A DNA stretch of 64,000 nucleotides from an uncultured Atopobium sp. (GCA_938015835.1 CALLVW010000030.1:10527-74526), one strand, 5' to 3'. Shown: positions 38,481 to 49,207, numbered from the stretch's first letter. Notes: generated by a model from the letters alone, not told the origin. Translations and numbers: made by a program.

Positions 38481-39740
38481 ATGGTTTCTTCTGATACAAC
38501 ACATATTTCTGATACACCTACACAAGAGCCCGTGAGTGCTCCTGGTCGTTGTGAGCTGCCACTTGATGGTCGCTGTGACGCAGAGGCAGTTTCTGGCTCT
38601 AACACCTTTATTTCTTGGGGCGCCCGCTCTGACGTGGGATTAGTTCGCGAGCATAACGAGGACTCGTTCCTTTTGCGCACTCCCCTTTTTGCCATCTGCG
38701 ATGGTATGGGAGGTCACGCCGCCGGTGAGGTAGCAAGCTCCATTGCTGTTAAGGTTATTGCCGAACAGGCACCAAGTACCGCAGACGATGTCCGTCTTGG
38801 CGCTGCAATTGAGGCTGCTAACCAGGAAGTTATTGATGCTCCTGCAAAGGGTATTGGCAAACCTGGCATGGGCTCCACTGCCTCTGCTGTCCTCATTGAG
38901 GGCAATCAGATGGCCGTTGCTCATGTTGGTGACTCTCGCATTTACCTGCTCCATCATGGCACGCTGGTCCGCATTACTCATGACCACAGCTATGTTGAGG
39001 AGCTCATTGATTCTGGTCAGATTACCGCTGATGAGGCTCGCACGCACCCTTCTCGCTCGGTAGTTACGCGAGCTCTTGGCTCTGATCCAGACATGTATGC
39101 AGATCATTTCTCGCTTGAAGTATCTGATGGTGACCGCATCATCTTGTGCTCCGATGGTCTCTCTGGCATGGTGCCCGACGATGAGATTGAGTCCATTGCT
39201 GTCTCTAACGTCACGCCACAAAAGGCTGCCGATAACCTTGTTTCCGCAGCTCTTACCTATGGCGGCTCAGACAACATTACCGTTATTGTCATTGACGTCT
39301 TGGACGACGGCATAGCCGATCAAACCAGGAAACACCTTACTCGTGGCGTTATTGCCACGTTTGTCTCGTTCCTTGCGCTCTTTGCAGCCACTGTTGCCGT
39401 GTTCTTCCTGTTTGTAAGCAGCGAGTGGTACTTAGGAATTAACGGAACTACCGTTGGCGTTTATCGAGGTATTCCTACAACAATTGCCGGCATAAACATG
39501 TCTTCGCTTGTTGAAACTACGTCGATTGAAATAAAAGATTTGCCTGACGCAGTTCAAGACTCTCTTGCAGACGGAATTCGCGTTAAGAACGAGGACGAAG
39601 CACATAGCACCGTCGAGAATTACCGCAAACAAATTGACGACGCCAACAACAAAGCAGTCAAAAAGAAAGAAGACGTTCAGTCTGGCGGAACACCCACAAC
39701 AGAAACAACAACGTCAACAACAAGTTCGGGAGGTGAGTAG
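38481..39740 (+). CDS. pstP: PP2C-family Ser/Thr phosphatase (PstP-like) with C-terminal TM anchor
   Basis: PP2C motifs [17 protein letters not shown] and DG..G. TM helix near residue 305 and a Thr-rich tail. The ATG at 38481 has an AAGAGG RBS. Confidence 0.85.
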   Translation: MVSSDTTHISDTPTQEPVSAPGRCELPLDGRCDAEAVSGSNTFISWGARSDVGLVREHNEDSFLLRTPLFAICDGMGGHAAGEVASSIAVKVIAEQAPSTADDVRLGAAIEAANQEVIDAPAKGIGKPGMGSTASAVLIEGNQMAVAHVGDSRIYLLHHGTLVRITHDHSYVEELIDSGQITADEARTHPSRSVVTRALGSDPDMYADHFSLEVSDGDRIILCSDGLSGMVPDDEIESIAVSNVTPQKAADNLVSAALTYGGSDNITVIVIDVLDDGIADQTRKHLTRGVIATFVSFLALFAATVAVFFLFVSSEWYLGINGTTVGVYRGIPTTIAGINMSSLVETTSIEIKDLPDAVQDSLADGIRVKNEDEAHSTVENYRKQIDDANNKAVKKKEDVQSGGTPTTETTTSTTSSGGE

Positions 39741-39742
39741 GA

Positions 39743-42607
39743 ATGGAAAAAGCAGGTGGACTAAGGCGTAATACAGAGCTCTTCTTACTATTTGTAGGAG
39801 CAATCCCTGTATTTCTGCTGTACGCCATGTACATGATTACTGCTCGCTCAACGCTCAGCCTTGAGACAATGGCCGTTCCTATTGGTCTCTTTGCAGCATT
39901 TACCGTGGCTCACATTGCTATTAGGTTCCTTGCTCCCGCAGCAGACCCCGCCATTCTCCCCATTGTGTTTGTGCTCTCGGGAATTGGCATCACCATGGTC
40001 ACCAGACTTGCGCCAAATCTTGCAGTCAACCAAACGATTTGGCTCTTTATCTCTGTTGTTGTCATGATTGTGGTACTAGCGGTCATTAGAAATCTTGACG
40101 CGTTAGCACGCTACAAATACTCCATTGGTATTCTCGGCGTCATACTGCTTCTTTTGCCAATTGTTATTGGCCAGGACCGCTATGGCGCAAAGCTCTGGAT
40201 TTCTTTTGGCACATTCACCTTCCAGCCTGGCGAAATTGCAAAGATTGCCATTACGCTCTTCCTGGCGTTTTATCTAGCACTGAATCGAGAAGCCCTATCG
40301 GTCTCCATGCGTTCTTTTGGACCTTTCCGCATTCCTCGCTTTAAAATGCTGCTTCCTCTGTTTGTCATGTGGGGCATCAGCCTGATTGTTGTTATTTTTG
40401 AACGCGACCTTGGTAGCGCTCTGCTCTTCTTCGTGTTCTTTGTCATCATGCTCTATGTAGCAACAGGTCGCGCAAGCTACGTTTTTGTCAGTATTGCGCT
40501 CTTGGCCATTGGCGGCGTGGTGCTTTATCACTTCTTTGGTCACGTTCAGACTCGTGTCAACATTTGGCTTAACCCCTTCAAAGACCCCGCTGGAGACGGC
40601 TACCAAATTGTCCAGTCCCTCTATTCCATCGCAGATGGAGGCCTTGCTGGCACCGGAATTGATAAGGGAATGCCTACGCTTATCCCTATTGTTGAGTCTG
40701 ACTTTATTTTCTCGGCCATTGCTGAGGAGCTGGGACTCTTTGGCGGAGCGGCAATTATTACCCTGTTCCTGCTCCTTACTGTGCGCGGTCTTGCAACAGC
40801 TGCTCGTGCAAAGTCCGATTCATCTGCTTTTGCAGCTGCTGGTCTTACCAGTGTTTTGGCGTTCCAAACCTTCCTCATTGTTGCAGGCGTTACTAAGCTC
40901 ATGCCTCTAACCGGCGTTACCCTGCCCTTTATGAGTCAGGGCGGTAGCTCTCTTCTTTCCAGCTTTATCATTGTTGCCCTGCTGCTCAGGGCAGGTGACG
41001 AGGGAACTGGTCGCGAAACAGAGCTTGAGCCAAGCAAGAAAACGCTTGACTCCCAGAGGCTCGAAATTTCTTCTGGTGGAGCTCACGCCTCTTCCGTTTT
41101 GCATGGCAGCCACATCCGTGGAGGCTTTGGTCTGCAGTCTGAGGAATCTGGTGTTCTGGGACGTGTTGCTCTCGGAAAACGTCTGACCAATTTGGTTACC
41201 GTATTTACCCTCTTCTTCACCGTTCTTCTCGGCAACTTGACCTTCTTGATGGTCATTGACGCACCTAGACTTCAGGCGCTCCCTACCAACAACCACACTA
41301 TTGCTAAGAGCGCATATGTTCAGCGCGGCGCCATCATGACTTCTGACGGCGTCACCCTGGCAGAGAGTGTCAAGCAAGACGACGGCACCTACGTGCGTAA
41401 CTATCCACACGACGGTATGGCTTCTCACACCGTTGGCTACATCTCTACCCAGTATGGAACTGCAGGTATCGAGTCCTCCATGAACGAGACGCTCACCGGA
41501 CACGCAGATCATTCCGACTGGAGAAGCGCTCTGTACTCGATGGCAGGTGTTAATACCGCTGGTTCAAGCGTTGTTTTAACCATCAATTCCCAGATGCAGG
41601 CTGTAGCAGAAGCTGCACTCCAGGGATATTCCGGCTCCATTGTTGTTATGGATCCAGCAACCGGAGCCGTGCTTGCAAAGGCTTCAAGCCCTTCATACAC
41701 CCACGCTGATCTGGGCACTGTTATCGAGTCCGGTACCGGCAGTCAACTGGTTGACAGAACTACCCAGGCGCTCTACTCCCCTGGTTCGTCGTTTAAGACC
41801 ATTACGCTTTCTGCTGGAATTGACACACATACCACCACGCTGGACACCACCTATTCAGCTCCAGGAACTATGGAGCTTGGCGGTGGAACCATCCACAACT
41901 ACGCCAACGAGGACATGGGCACTATTCCTCTGCGTGAGGCATTTGCTCGCTCTTCTAACACGGCGTTGGCGCAGCTTGGAGTAGCACTTGGCGCAGACAA
42001 CCTGGTCAGCTATGCACGTGCCTTTGGTTATGGCACCGCACTTGGTCAGGACTTCTCCACTACACCATCGTTGATGCCAAATCCTGCCGAGATGACCACC
42101 TGGGAGCTTGGCTGGGCATCCTGCGGTCTTCCTGTTGGAGAGCATGCAAGCCCTGCAGGTCCTCAGACCACCGTCATGCAAAACGCTGTTGTTGCGGCTG
42201 CAATTGCTAACGGCGGCGTGGTCATGAACCCTTACATCGTTGATCGCGTTCTCTCGCCAGAGGGAGCTGTTGTTTCTACAACGTCACCAAAATCGCTTGG
42301 ACAGGCAGTGTCTGCGGATACCGCCGCGCAGGTCCGAGAGGCAATGTTGGGCGTTGTTGAATCCGGCACTGGTATGGGAGCGCGCGTTCCGGGTGTCAAG
42401 ATTGCAGGTAAAACAGGTACGGCAGACGTCGAGAACGGTAACTTTAACTCGTTCTTCATCGGTTTTGCGCCTTACGACCACCCAACTCTTGTTGTTTCTG
42501 TTGTCATCGAAGGCAACGGCGAGAACGTTTTAGGTTACGGTGCTCAAGTTGGCGGACGTGTTCTTGCGCAGTGCCTGAACATCCAGGCTTTGGGAGCTGC
42601 TTCGTAG
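39743..42607 (+). CDS. fused SEDS glycosyltransferase (RodA/FtsW) and class B penicillin-binding protein transpeptidase
   Basis: Residues 1-430 form a complete FtsW/RodA polytopic domain ending in PFMSQGGSS. Residues 470-954 form a PBP2-like N-terminal domain plus transpeptidase with SSFK (SxxK), SSN and KTGT motifs. Single uninterrupted 954-aa ORF. Confidence 0.8.
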   Translation: MEKAGGLRRNTELFLLFVGAIPVFLLYAMYMITARSTLSLETMAVPIGLFAAFTVAHIAIRFLAPAADPAILPIVFVLSGIGITMVTRLAPNLAVNQTIWLFISVVVMIVVLAVIRNLDALARYKYSIGILGVILLLLPIVIGQDRYGAKLWISFGTFTFQPGEIAKIAITLFLAFYLALNREALSVSMRSFGPFRIPRFKMLLPLFVMWGISLIVVIFERDLGSALLFFVFFVIMLYVATGRASYVFVSIALLAIGGVVLYHFFGHVQTRVNIWLNPFKDPAGDGYQIVQSLYSIADGGLAGTGIDKGMPTLIPIVESDFIFSAIAEELGLFGGAAIITLFLLLTVRGLATAARAKSDSSAFAAAGLTSVLAFQTFLIVAGVTKLMPLTGVTLPFMSQGGSSLLSSFIIVALLLRAGDEGTGRETELEPSKKTLDSQRLEISSGGAHASSVLHGSHIRGGFGLQSEESGVLGRVALGKRLTNLVTVFTLFFTVLLGNLTFLMVIDAPRLQALPTNNHTIAKSAYVQRGAIMTSDGVTLAESVKQDDGTYVRNYPHDGMASHTVGYISTQYGTAGIESSMNETLTGHADHSDWRSALYSMAGVNTAGSSVVLTINSQMQAVAEAALQGYSGSIVVMDPATGAVLAKASSPSYTHADLGTVIESGTGSQLVDRTTQALYSPGSSFKTITLSAGIDTHTTTLDTTYSAPGTMELGGGTIHNYANEDMGTIPLREAFARSSNTALAQLGVALGADNLVSYARAFGYGTALGQDFSTTPSLMPNPAEMTTWELGWASCGLPVGEHASPAGPQTTVMQNAVVAAAIANGGVVMNPYIVDRVLSPEGAVVSTTSPKSLGQAVSADTAAQVREAMLGVVESGTGMGARVPGVKIAGKTGTADVENGNFNSFFIGFAPYDHPTLVVSVVIEGNGENVLGYGAQVGGRVLAQCLNIQALGAAS

Positions 42608-42707
42608 CGCCTAAAACACCGCACGGTCTTCTCCCCAAGTAGTTGGGTGTGTTCTAAGATAGTAAGTGACGTGGCGAGAAAATCGCACGCTTGATAGGAG
42701 TTGAGTT

Positions 42708-44633
42708 ATGCCAGGTAGAATGCTCAGTGGGCGTTACCAGGTTCAAGACAAAATTGGTACCGGTGGAATGGCCACCGTTTACCGCGGACAGGACCAGGTT
42801 CTTGGTCGTACTGTTGCCATCAAGATGATGCTGCCGCAGTACGCAAACGATCCTTCCTTTGCTGCCCGCTTCAAGCAGGAGGCACAAGCCGCAGCGGCGC
42901 TCTCCAGTCCTTATATTGTCTCGATATACGACTGGGGTAAGGACGGCGAGTCCTACTACATTGTCATGGAGTATCTGCGCGGTACAGACCTTAAGAGTGG
43001 CATCCGCAAACATGGAGCCCTTGATTCCCGTAAGGTCGCTCAGATTGGCTCTCAGATTGCTCAGGCACTCTCTGTAGCACATCGTCACGACATCATTCAC
43101 CGTGACATCAAACCACAGAACATCATGGTCCAGCCAGATGGCAACATCAAGGTCATGGACTTTGGCATTGCTCGTGCAAAGAACAGCAGTCTAACCACCG
43201 ATAACTCTGTTCTTGGCACCGCTCATTACGTTTCTCCAGAGCAGAGTACGGGCAAGCCTTTGGGACCAACCACCGATATCTATTCCCTAGGCATTGTCAT
43301 GTACGAGGCTGCAACTGGCCGCGTTCCCTTTGTTGGTGACGACGCTATCAGCGTTGCTATGAAGCAGGTCAACGAGGCTCCTCAGCCACCATCGCTGATC
43401 AACCCCAACGTTGACCCCGCACTCGAGGCAATCATTCTTCGCTGTATGGAGAAAAACCCAGCTGACCGCTATCAGAGTGCTGACGAGCTTGCTCGTGCGC
43501 TGCGCGATTTTATTGCTGGCCGCGCTACTATTCCAAGCAACACCACCGTGAGCCCCCGCATTGTGACACCACCTCAGCCAACTTCCAGGTTGGATCGTCG
43601 CGGCATTGACGGCTCCAACACCTACATCACGCGCGGTGGCGACACTGGTCGCTTGAACCGCGTCCATTCTCGCGAAGAGGCTGATGAGCTTGACAGGCGC
43701 GAGAATAAACGTCACAAGCGCAACGTTATTCTCGGCGTTTTAGGCGCTTTGGTTGTCCTGGCTCTTGCCGGCTTTGCTATTGCACAGATGCTCGGCAACT
43801 CCGCCCAGCAGTATCTGGTTCCACAGTTTGTTGGTCAGACAAAAGACCAGGCTACTCAGGCACTAAATGCTTCTGATAGCCACTTTAAGCTGGGAACTGT
43901 TACAGAAAGCTACAGTGATTCTGCTCCTGAAGGCCAGGTCATTGATCAGACACCAAGCGCTAACAAACAGGCTCCTGAAGGAACCGCGGTTAACCTTGTC
44001 ATTTCTAAGGGCGCTAAACCTGCTGCTGCAGTTAAGGTGCCTGATCTTACCAACAAGAGTCCATCAGAGGCTGAGTCTGCTCTTGCTGCTGTTGGCCTCA
44101 AAGCAAGAAATGGTGACTCGGTTGAGTCGGATGACGTAACCGTTGGTTATGTTGCAACACAGGAACCAGCCGCAGGTAGCGATGCTAAAGCTGGCGACAC
44201 CATCACCTATCACCTGTCTACTGGCAAGGGTAAGGCAGATGTTCCAGACGTCACCGAGATGACTGCCGAGCGTGCGTCCGATGTTTTGAAAGATGCAGGC
44301 TTCAAGGTAGATACTCAGAAACAGCCTTCGTCGAGCGTTCCTGAGGGCCGTGTCATCTCCCAGTCTCCAGCTAACGGCAAGGCAGATAAGGGTTCCACGG
44401 TAACCATCGTTGTTTCTTCCGGTGCTCAGAGTGGCTCTGTTCCAAACGTTGTTGGCAAGGACTTTGAAACCGCTCAGTCCACGCTGGAAAACGCGGGCTT
44501 CCAGGTCAACACGGTTTGGGTCTACGATGACAACGTTGCAACCGGAAACGTAGTTGGCCAAACACCTTCAAGTGCTGCAGCTGGCGCTACTATCACCATC
44601 CGCGTCTCCAGTGGACCTCGTCCATCAGCGTAA
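42708..44633 (+). CDS. pknB: Ser/Thr protein kinase PknB-type with extracellular PASTA repeats
   Basis: Kinase motifs GTGGMATVY, HRDIKPQN, DFGIA, SPEQ. A TM helix at about residues 338-360 and four PASTA-like repeats at the C-terminus. Confidence 0.9.
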   Translation: MPGRMLSGRYQVQDKIGTGGMATVYRGQDQVLGRTVAIKMMLPQYANDPSFAARFKQEAQAAAALSSPYIVSIYDWGKDGESYYIVMEYLRGTDLKSGIRKHGALDSRKVAQIGSQIAQALSVAHRHDIIHRDIKPQNIMVQPDGNIKVMDFGIARAKNSSLTTDNSVLGTAHYVSPEQSTGKPLGPTTDIYSLGIVMYEAATGRVPFVGDDAISVAMKQVNEAPQPPSLINPNVDPALEAIILRCMEKNPADRYQSADELARALRDFIAGRATIPSNTTVSPRIVTPPQPTSRLDRRGIDGSNTYITRGGDTGRLNRVHSREEADELDRRENKRHKRNVILGVLGALVVLALAGFAIAQMLGNSAQQYLVPQFVGQTKDQATQALNASDSHFKLGTVTESYSDSAPEGQVIDQTPSANKQAPEGTAVNLVISKGAKPAAAVKVPDLTNKSPSEAESALAAVGLKARNGDSVESDDVTVGYVATQEPAAGSDAKAGDTITYHLSTGKGKADVPDVTEMTAERASDVLKDAGFKVDTQKQPSSSVPEGRVISQSPANGKADKGSTVTIVVSSGAQSGSVPNVVGKDFETAQSTLENAGFQVNTVWVYDDNVATGNVVGQTPSSAAAGATITIRVSSGPRPSA

Positions 44634-44691
44634 TCGCTGCGGCGTGCAGTGTGCGGCTCCAAGCGCACAGTGAGCACAACTAGTACGTTCA

Positions 44692-44726
44692 AGCCCTGCA
44701 ACCGTGTTTGGTTGCAGGGCTTTTTG
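44692..44726 (+). terminator. intrinsic terminator after pknB
   Basis: GCCCTGCAACC-loop-GGTTGCAGGGC hairpin followed by TTTTTG. Confidence 0.75.
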
Positions 44727-44742
44727 CTGTAGGAAAAATGGT

Positions 44743-44875
44743 TGAACACACCTATGACAGATAATCTGTCAAAAAGACGTATACATTACACTGAAAATAC
44801 CTCAAACGTGCAGATTATCTTCATTAGGTGTGTAATATGCCCGCAATTGTGCAGAATATCTGTCATAGGTGTGTT
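44743..44875. repeat. 133-bp element bounded by 20-bp perfect inverted repeats (GAACACACCTATGACAGATA ... TATCTGTCATAGGTGTGTTC) with a degenerate internal third copy
   Basis: Seen directly in the sequence. An internal near-palindrome GACAGATAATCTGTC and a partial copy CATTAGGTGTGT at 44821-44832. Located between convergent pknB and tRNA-Arg. Confidence 0.6.
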
Positions 44876-45093
44876 CTCTAGAAGCGGAATTTACCTATAG
44901 TTAGATTTTTTATATTTCTCTATTCATTTTCCAGCATATTAGATGAAGTTTATGCATAGAGATGCATATCGGGTAGTGAGGCCGTCTGGCGTCCAGCTTT
45001 CTTGGTCAGAAGTACGGCGATTCTTCAGCGAGACCTGCCAAAACCGCACTATTTTACATGCCGAGCTCGAGGCTTGACGCTAACTCGCCGCAA

Positions 45094-45127
45094 CAAAGAA
45101 AAACCGGCAGCACGAAGCTGCCGGTTT
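45094..45127 (-). terminator. intrinsic terminator after tRNA-Arg(CCT)
   Basis: AAACCGGCAGC-ACGAA-GCTGCCGGTTT hairpin with a minus-strand T-run (TTTTTCTTT). Confidence 0.7.
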
Positions 45128-45135
45128 AAAATCAA

Positions 45136-45211
45136 TGGTGCCCCCGGGCCGATTCGAACGGCCGACACCCGCTTTAGGAGAGCGGTGCTCTATCCCCTGA
45201 GCTACGAAGGC
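45136..45211 (-). tRNA. tRNA-Arg (anticodon CCU)
   Basis: Reverse complement GCCUUCG...GCUCAGGGGAUAGAGC...anticodon loop CUCCUAA...GGTTCGAAT...CGGGGGCACCA. Confidence 0.85.
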
Positions 45212-45291
45212 ATGTGGGATATTCTACTCACGTAGGCTCGCGTACGCAAATATCGCCAACGCTTGCGGCGCCGGCAGCAGCGCGAGAGCTG

Positions 45292-45918
45292 CTACTTGCG
45301 ACGAGCCTTGCGCTCGGCTCTCTTTCTGTCGTACTCAGCCTGACGCTCGAGGTAGAAATCGTTGAGCTTCTTGTCGGTCATGCCAGCAACCTTAGCCTCG
45401 ATCTTCTTGCGAAGAGGACGCATCTTAAAGAAGCTGTAGACAACCGAGCCAAAGATGCAGAAGTAAGCAAAGACCAGCATAATGGCAGAAATCATACCAA
45501 CGCCGGTGTTCAGGTCCCTGGATTCAGGAACCATATACGAAAGCACCAGTGTAATGATGGTTGCAACAAAGCCAAGACCCAGGAAGACCCACCAAACGCG
45601 CTCGGCACGATGATAATCTGGATCCGCGCGTAGCATAGCCTCAAATCCGCGGCTACGAATATCCTCGCGCTCACGCTGGCGAGCACGTGCAGCGCGCTTC
45701 TCCTCTTTGCTCTTTGGAGCACTGGAACCAGAGCCGGAGCCACTTACGCGTACAGACGCAGCTGCCTCTCGTACTGGTTTAGCAGTAGCAGCAGATTTGC
45801 GACCAAAAGCGGAATACGAAGGACGCTCAGTCTCCTCAGAGGTTTCTTTCTTTGAAAGGCTTACGGTAGCCTCACGCGCTTCTTTGGTTGCGCCTGTAAT
45901 GGTGTCACGCAGTGACAT
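45292..45918 (-). CDS. hypothetical membrane protein (basic/Ser-rich N-terminus, 2 TM helices, Lys/Arg-rich C-terminus)
   Basis: 208 aa, AAGGAG RBS. Overlaps the purC stop by 14 nt, so it is co-transcribed. Confidence 0.5.
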   Translation of the reverse strand: MSLRDTITGATKEAREATVSLSKKETSEETERPSYSAFGRKSAATAKPVREAAASVRVSGSGSGSSAPKSKEEKRAARARQREREDIRSRGFEAMLRADPDYHRAERVWWVFLGLGFVATIITLVLSYMVPESRDLNTGVGMISAIMLVFAYFCIFGSVVYSFFKMRPLRKKIEAKVAGMTDKKLNDFYLERQAEYDRKRAERKARRK

Positions 45919-46822
45919 TGGTCTCCTTCAGTGGTACAAACTCAGTTCCCGTAATAATCTGGAATGCCGTACGATAACGCTCGGACGTGCCCTCAATAAC
46001 CTCTTCTGGAAGATGAGGTGGCTCTCCTTGCATGTCCCAGTGGGCTTTCAGCCAATCGCGTACATACTGTTTGTCGTAGCTTGGCTGAACGTGTCCCTCA
46101 GAATAACCCTCAGCAGGCCAAAAACGACTTGAATCGGGTGTAAGGCACTCATCAATAAGTGTAAGTTTTCCGTCGATAAAACCAAACTCAAATTTGGTAT
46201 CCGCAATAATAATTCCACGAGTTGCAGCATATTCTGCAGCAGCCTTATAAATTGCAAGCGAGGCTTCCTTCAGCTGAGTAGCAACATCCTCACCAACAAT
46301 CTCGCAGCAGCGCTCAAACGAGATATTCTCGTCATGATCGCCAAGCTCAGCCTTAGTGGAAGGGGTGAAGATTGGCTCAGGAAGTTTAGATGCCTCAGTC
46401 AGACCATCAGGCAGCTTAATGCCGCAGACGGTACCGTCCTGGTCATAAGTCTTTTTGCCAGAACCAGTAAGGTAACCACGGACAATGCACTCGATTGGCA
46501 CAGTCTGTGCTTTCTTTACCAGCATTGCGCGACCAGCAAGATACTCAGTGTAATCTGCAAACTGATCAGGAGTCTGATCTGGAAGAACAGAAATCATGTG
46601 GTTAGGCAGAAGGTCCTTGAAGCGATTAAACCAAAAAGCGCTGATACGCGTCAGGATTTCTCCCTTAAAAGGAATCTCGTCGGGGAGAATAAAGTCAAAA
46701 GCACTAATGCGATCGCTCGCAACCATCAAAAGTTTGTCGCCACAATCGTAGATATCGCGAACCTTACCGTGCGAATCGGGACGAAGCTCAGCTCCAGCCA
46801 CAATGACCTCACTTCTGCGCAA
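45905..46822 (-). CDS. purC: phosphoribosylaminoimidazole-succinocarboxamide synthase (long form)
   Basis: SAICAR synthetase motifs GKVRDIYD, ASDRISAFD and LIDE. 305 aa with a TTG start. Confidence 0.85.
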   Translation of the reverse strand: MRRSEVIVAGAELRPDSHGKVRDIYDCGDKLLMVASDRISAFDFILPDEIPFKGEILTRISAFWFNRFKDLLPNHMISVLPDQTPDQFADYTEYLAGRAMLVKKAQTVPIECIVRGYLTGSGKKTYDQDGTVCGIKLPDGLTEASKLPEPIFTPSTKAELGDHDENISFERCCEIVGEDVATQLKEASLAIYKAAAEYAATRGIIIADTKFEFGFIDGKLTLIDECLTPDSSRFWPAEGYSEGHVQPSYDKQYVRDWLKAHWDMQGEPPHLPEEVIEGTSERYRTAFQIITGTEFVPLKETNVTA

Positions 46823-46876
46823 AGCGCGTTGTATTGCAGGACTTTTGATTGTACGGCAAAATGCCCAAAAATCGGC

Positions 46877-48382
46877 CTACAACAAAGTATCTGTTACAGA
46901 GATATTATTTTGGGCAAGCAGAGGAAGGTGCAGCGAGAAGGTCGTGCCCTTTCCAAGCTCGGATTCTACCGAGATAGTGCCGTTATGACGGTCCATAATC
47001 TCTTTTGTGATTGCCAATCCAACGCCAAGACCGCCCGAAGCGCGCTCGCGGCTTTCTTCGGCGCGCCAGAATCGCGAGAAGGTCTGTGGAATGTCCTCAG
47101 GAGCAATTCCCATACCGTCATCAGTCACGGAGATAACCGCATCGTTATCGTCGATTGATACGGTTATAACAACATGACCCCCGTCGTCGGTATAGCGGAT
47201 AGCGTTGCTCAACAAATTGGTCAGGGCTTCTCGGATCATGTCCGAATCAATATCAACAAAACAATTGCCCTCTGGTGTCTTATCCACAAAGGTCAACGTG
47301 CGGTTATTCTCCTTGAAGAGTGTTTCTTGTACCGCAACAAGACTCGCCACCATAGCCACAACATTGACGCTTTCTGGGTTAAACTTTGTCTTTCCGTTCT
47401 CAAGTCTCGAGAGGTGGAGCATGGCGTCTACCAGGCGAGAAAGACGTCTACTCTCAGACACAATGTTTTCCAAGCGCTCTTCATCTGCAGGTAAAATACC
47501 ATCTTGGATTGCTTCAACGGTGGCCATGATAGCCATGAGCGGAGTTCTGAGCTCATGTGCAACATCACTGGTCAGACGACGTTCAAGCTTAATGTCTCTT
47601 TCGAGTGAAGACGCCATGTCGTCGAAGGTTTCTCCCAGACGCCCCAGTTCATTCTCGCCACGGATGCCTGAACGAGCCGCAAGATTGCCGCTTCTGATCT
47701 GAACAGCCGTCTCGGTAATACGGCGTACGGGCTTGGTAAGTGAACGTGAGGCCAAAATACCAATTAACCCAGAAAGCGAAATTGCAATGGCTGCAGCAAG
47801 ACTAATTGCCTGGTAAGAGCCATTACGGAACGCAATGTCTCGCTGGGTCAGGAACGGCTCAGAACCAAACGTCCAAATTCTAATGCTGCCCACAGGCTCT
47901 CCTTGCAGGTTTTGGACAACTGCATAAACCACGGCGTCACCCGTCTGAGGGCCAGATAATGCACTATTTCCACCAGGTCGGCGAGCATTTGGTGCCGAGT
48001 CGTCATACAGAACCACGCCAGAAACATCTAAGACCTGGATACCAATATCGGAATTGGTTGCAGAGGCCTGACGTGCAATAGAGAGAACGTCGGCATTCCA
48101 GCCGTCTGCGCGCGCGTACGCCTGAGACATATTGAGCGCGGTAGTATCAACGGTGTTTTGTAGGTTCTCCCTGGTATAAGTAGTAAAACGGTTTTCCCAC
48201 ACAATGCCCAAAACAGAAATGAGCACCAATACCGTCATGACGGCAGTGAGCGCAAAGAAGGCTGCCATACGGGTGGTAAAGCTTTGAGTGCCAACGGGAT
48301 CGGGCTTAATAGTTTTATAAGAACCCTCAGTTTCCGGAGGGTTCTTAAGAGAATTTGAGTGATGTTTCTTGAAGAGCGCCAA
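46877..48382 (-). CDS. sensor histidine kinase (TM-HAMP-HisKA-HATPase)
   Basis: H-box VAHELRTPL, N/G boxes in the C-terminus and two TM helices. Downstream of an OmpR-type regulator. Confidence 0.85.
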   Translation of the reverse strand: MALFKKHHSNSLKNPPETEGSYKTIKPDPVGTQSFTTRMAAFFALTAVMTVLVLISVLGIVWENRFTTYTRENLQNTVDTTALNMSQAYARADGWNADVLSIARQASATNSDIGIQVLDVSGVVLYDDSAPNARRPGGNSALSGPQTGDAVVYAVVQNLQGEPVGSIRIWTFGSEPFLTQRDIAFRNGSYQAISLAAAIAISLSGLIGILASRSLTKPVRRITETAVQIRSGNLAARSGIRGENELGRLGETFDDMASSLERDIKLERRLTSDVAHELRTPLMAIMATVEAIQDGILPADEERLENIVSESRRLSRLVDAMLHLSRLENGKTKFNPESVNVVAMVASLVAVQETLFKENNRTLTFVDKTPEGNCFVDIDSDMIREALTNLLSNAIRYTDDGGHVVITVSIDDNDAVISVTDDGMGIAPEDIPQTFSRFWRAEESRERASGGLGVGLAITKEIMDRHNGTISVESELGKGTTFSLHLPLLAQNNISVTDTLL

Positions 48383-48393
48383 AGCTCTAAAGC

Positions 48394-49107
48394 TTAGGAC
48401 TCATGGCTAGCGTTGCCAGCCTCAAAGCGATAGCCAACACCGTGAACGGTGAACAGCCAGCGAGGATTACGAGGATCATCGCCGAGCTTTGCGCGCAAGT
48501 TCTTGACATGCGAATCAATAGTGCGCTCATAGCCCTCAAAATCATAACCCAGGACCTTCTCGACAAGCTCCATACGTGTGTACACGCGACCAGGATAGCG
48601 AGCAAGGGTGGTGAGCAGCTTAAACTCTGAAGCGGTCAGGTCAACTTCCTCGTTGTTGATGAGAATCTTGTGACCAGAAATATCAATAGTAAGGGTACCG
48701 TAATCAAGCACGTCAACAGCAGTGTCTGGCTCAGAATACGTACGGCGGAACAGCGCGCGAACGCGTGCCACCAGCTCACGTGGCGAGAAAGGCTTAACAA
48801 GATAGTCATCAGCACCAAGCTCAAGACCAATAATTCTGTCTTCCACCTCACCTTTTGCGGTAAGCATAATGATAGGCACGTTAGAGGTATCTCTAATTGC
48901 ACGGCAAACGCGCTCTCCAGAAAGTTTTGGGAGCATAAGATCGAGAATCACCAGGTCAAATGCGTGCTTTTCAAACTCTTCAACTGCACTCTGACCGTCA
49001 CCAACACCTTTGACGACATAATTTTCACGCTCAAGATATGCTGAGACGGCGTCACGGATGACTTTCTCATCTTCGACAATCAGAATTTTCTTCTCGTCGG
49101 AAGCCAT
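48394..49107 (-). CDS. OmpR/PhoB-family response regulator
   Basis: Receiver (ILIVEDE...DLMLP...LTAKG) plus winged-helix output domain. GGGGAG RBS. Confidence 0.9.
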   Translation of the reverse strand: MASDEKKILIVEDEKVIRDAVSAYLERENYVVKGVGDGQSAVEEFEKHAFDLVILDLMLPKLSGERVCRAIRDTSNVPIIMLTAKGEVEDRIIGLELGADDYLVKPFSPRELVARVRALFRRTYSEPDTAVDVLDYGTLTIDISGHKILINNEEVDLTASEFKLLTTLARYPGRVYTRMELVEKVLGYDFEGYERTIDSHVKNLRAKLGDDPRNPRWLFTVHGVGYRFEAGNASHES

Positions 49108-49207
49108 TGTCTCCCCTTTTCTTTTGCACTACATGTATGTGCCTATGGCACATTACGATTATTCATTAATTATTTGTATTCATTCTATCGCTATGCCTAC
49201 AAATAAT

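Noticed and set aside
45002-45235. 77-aa plus-strand ORF
   Set aside because: Overlaps tRNA-Arg(CCU) and its terminator. No RBS. Artefactual.
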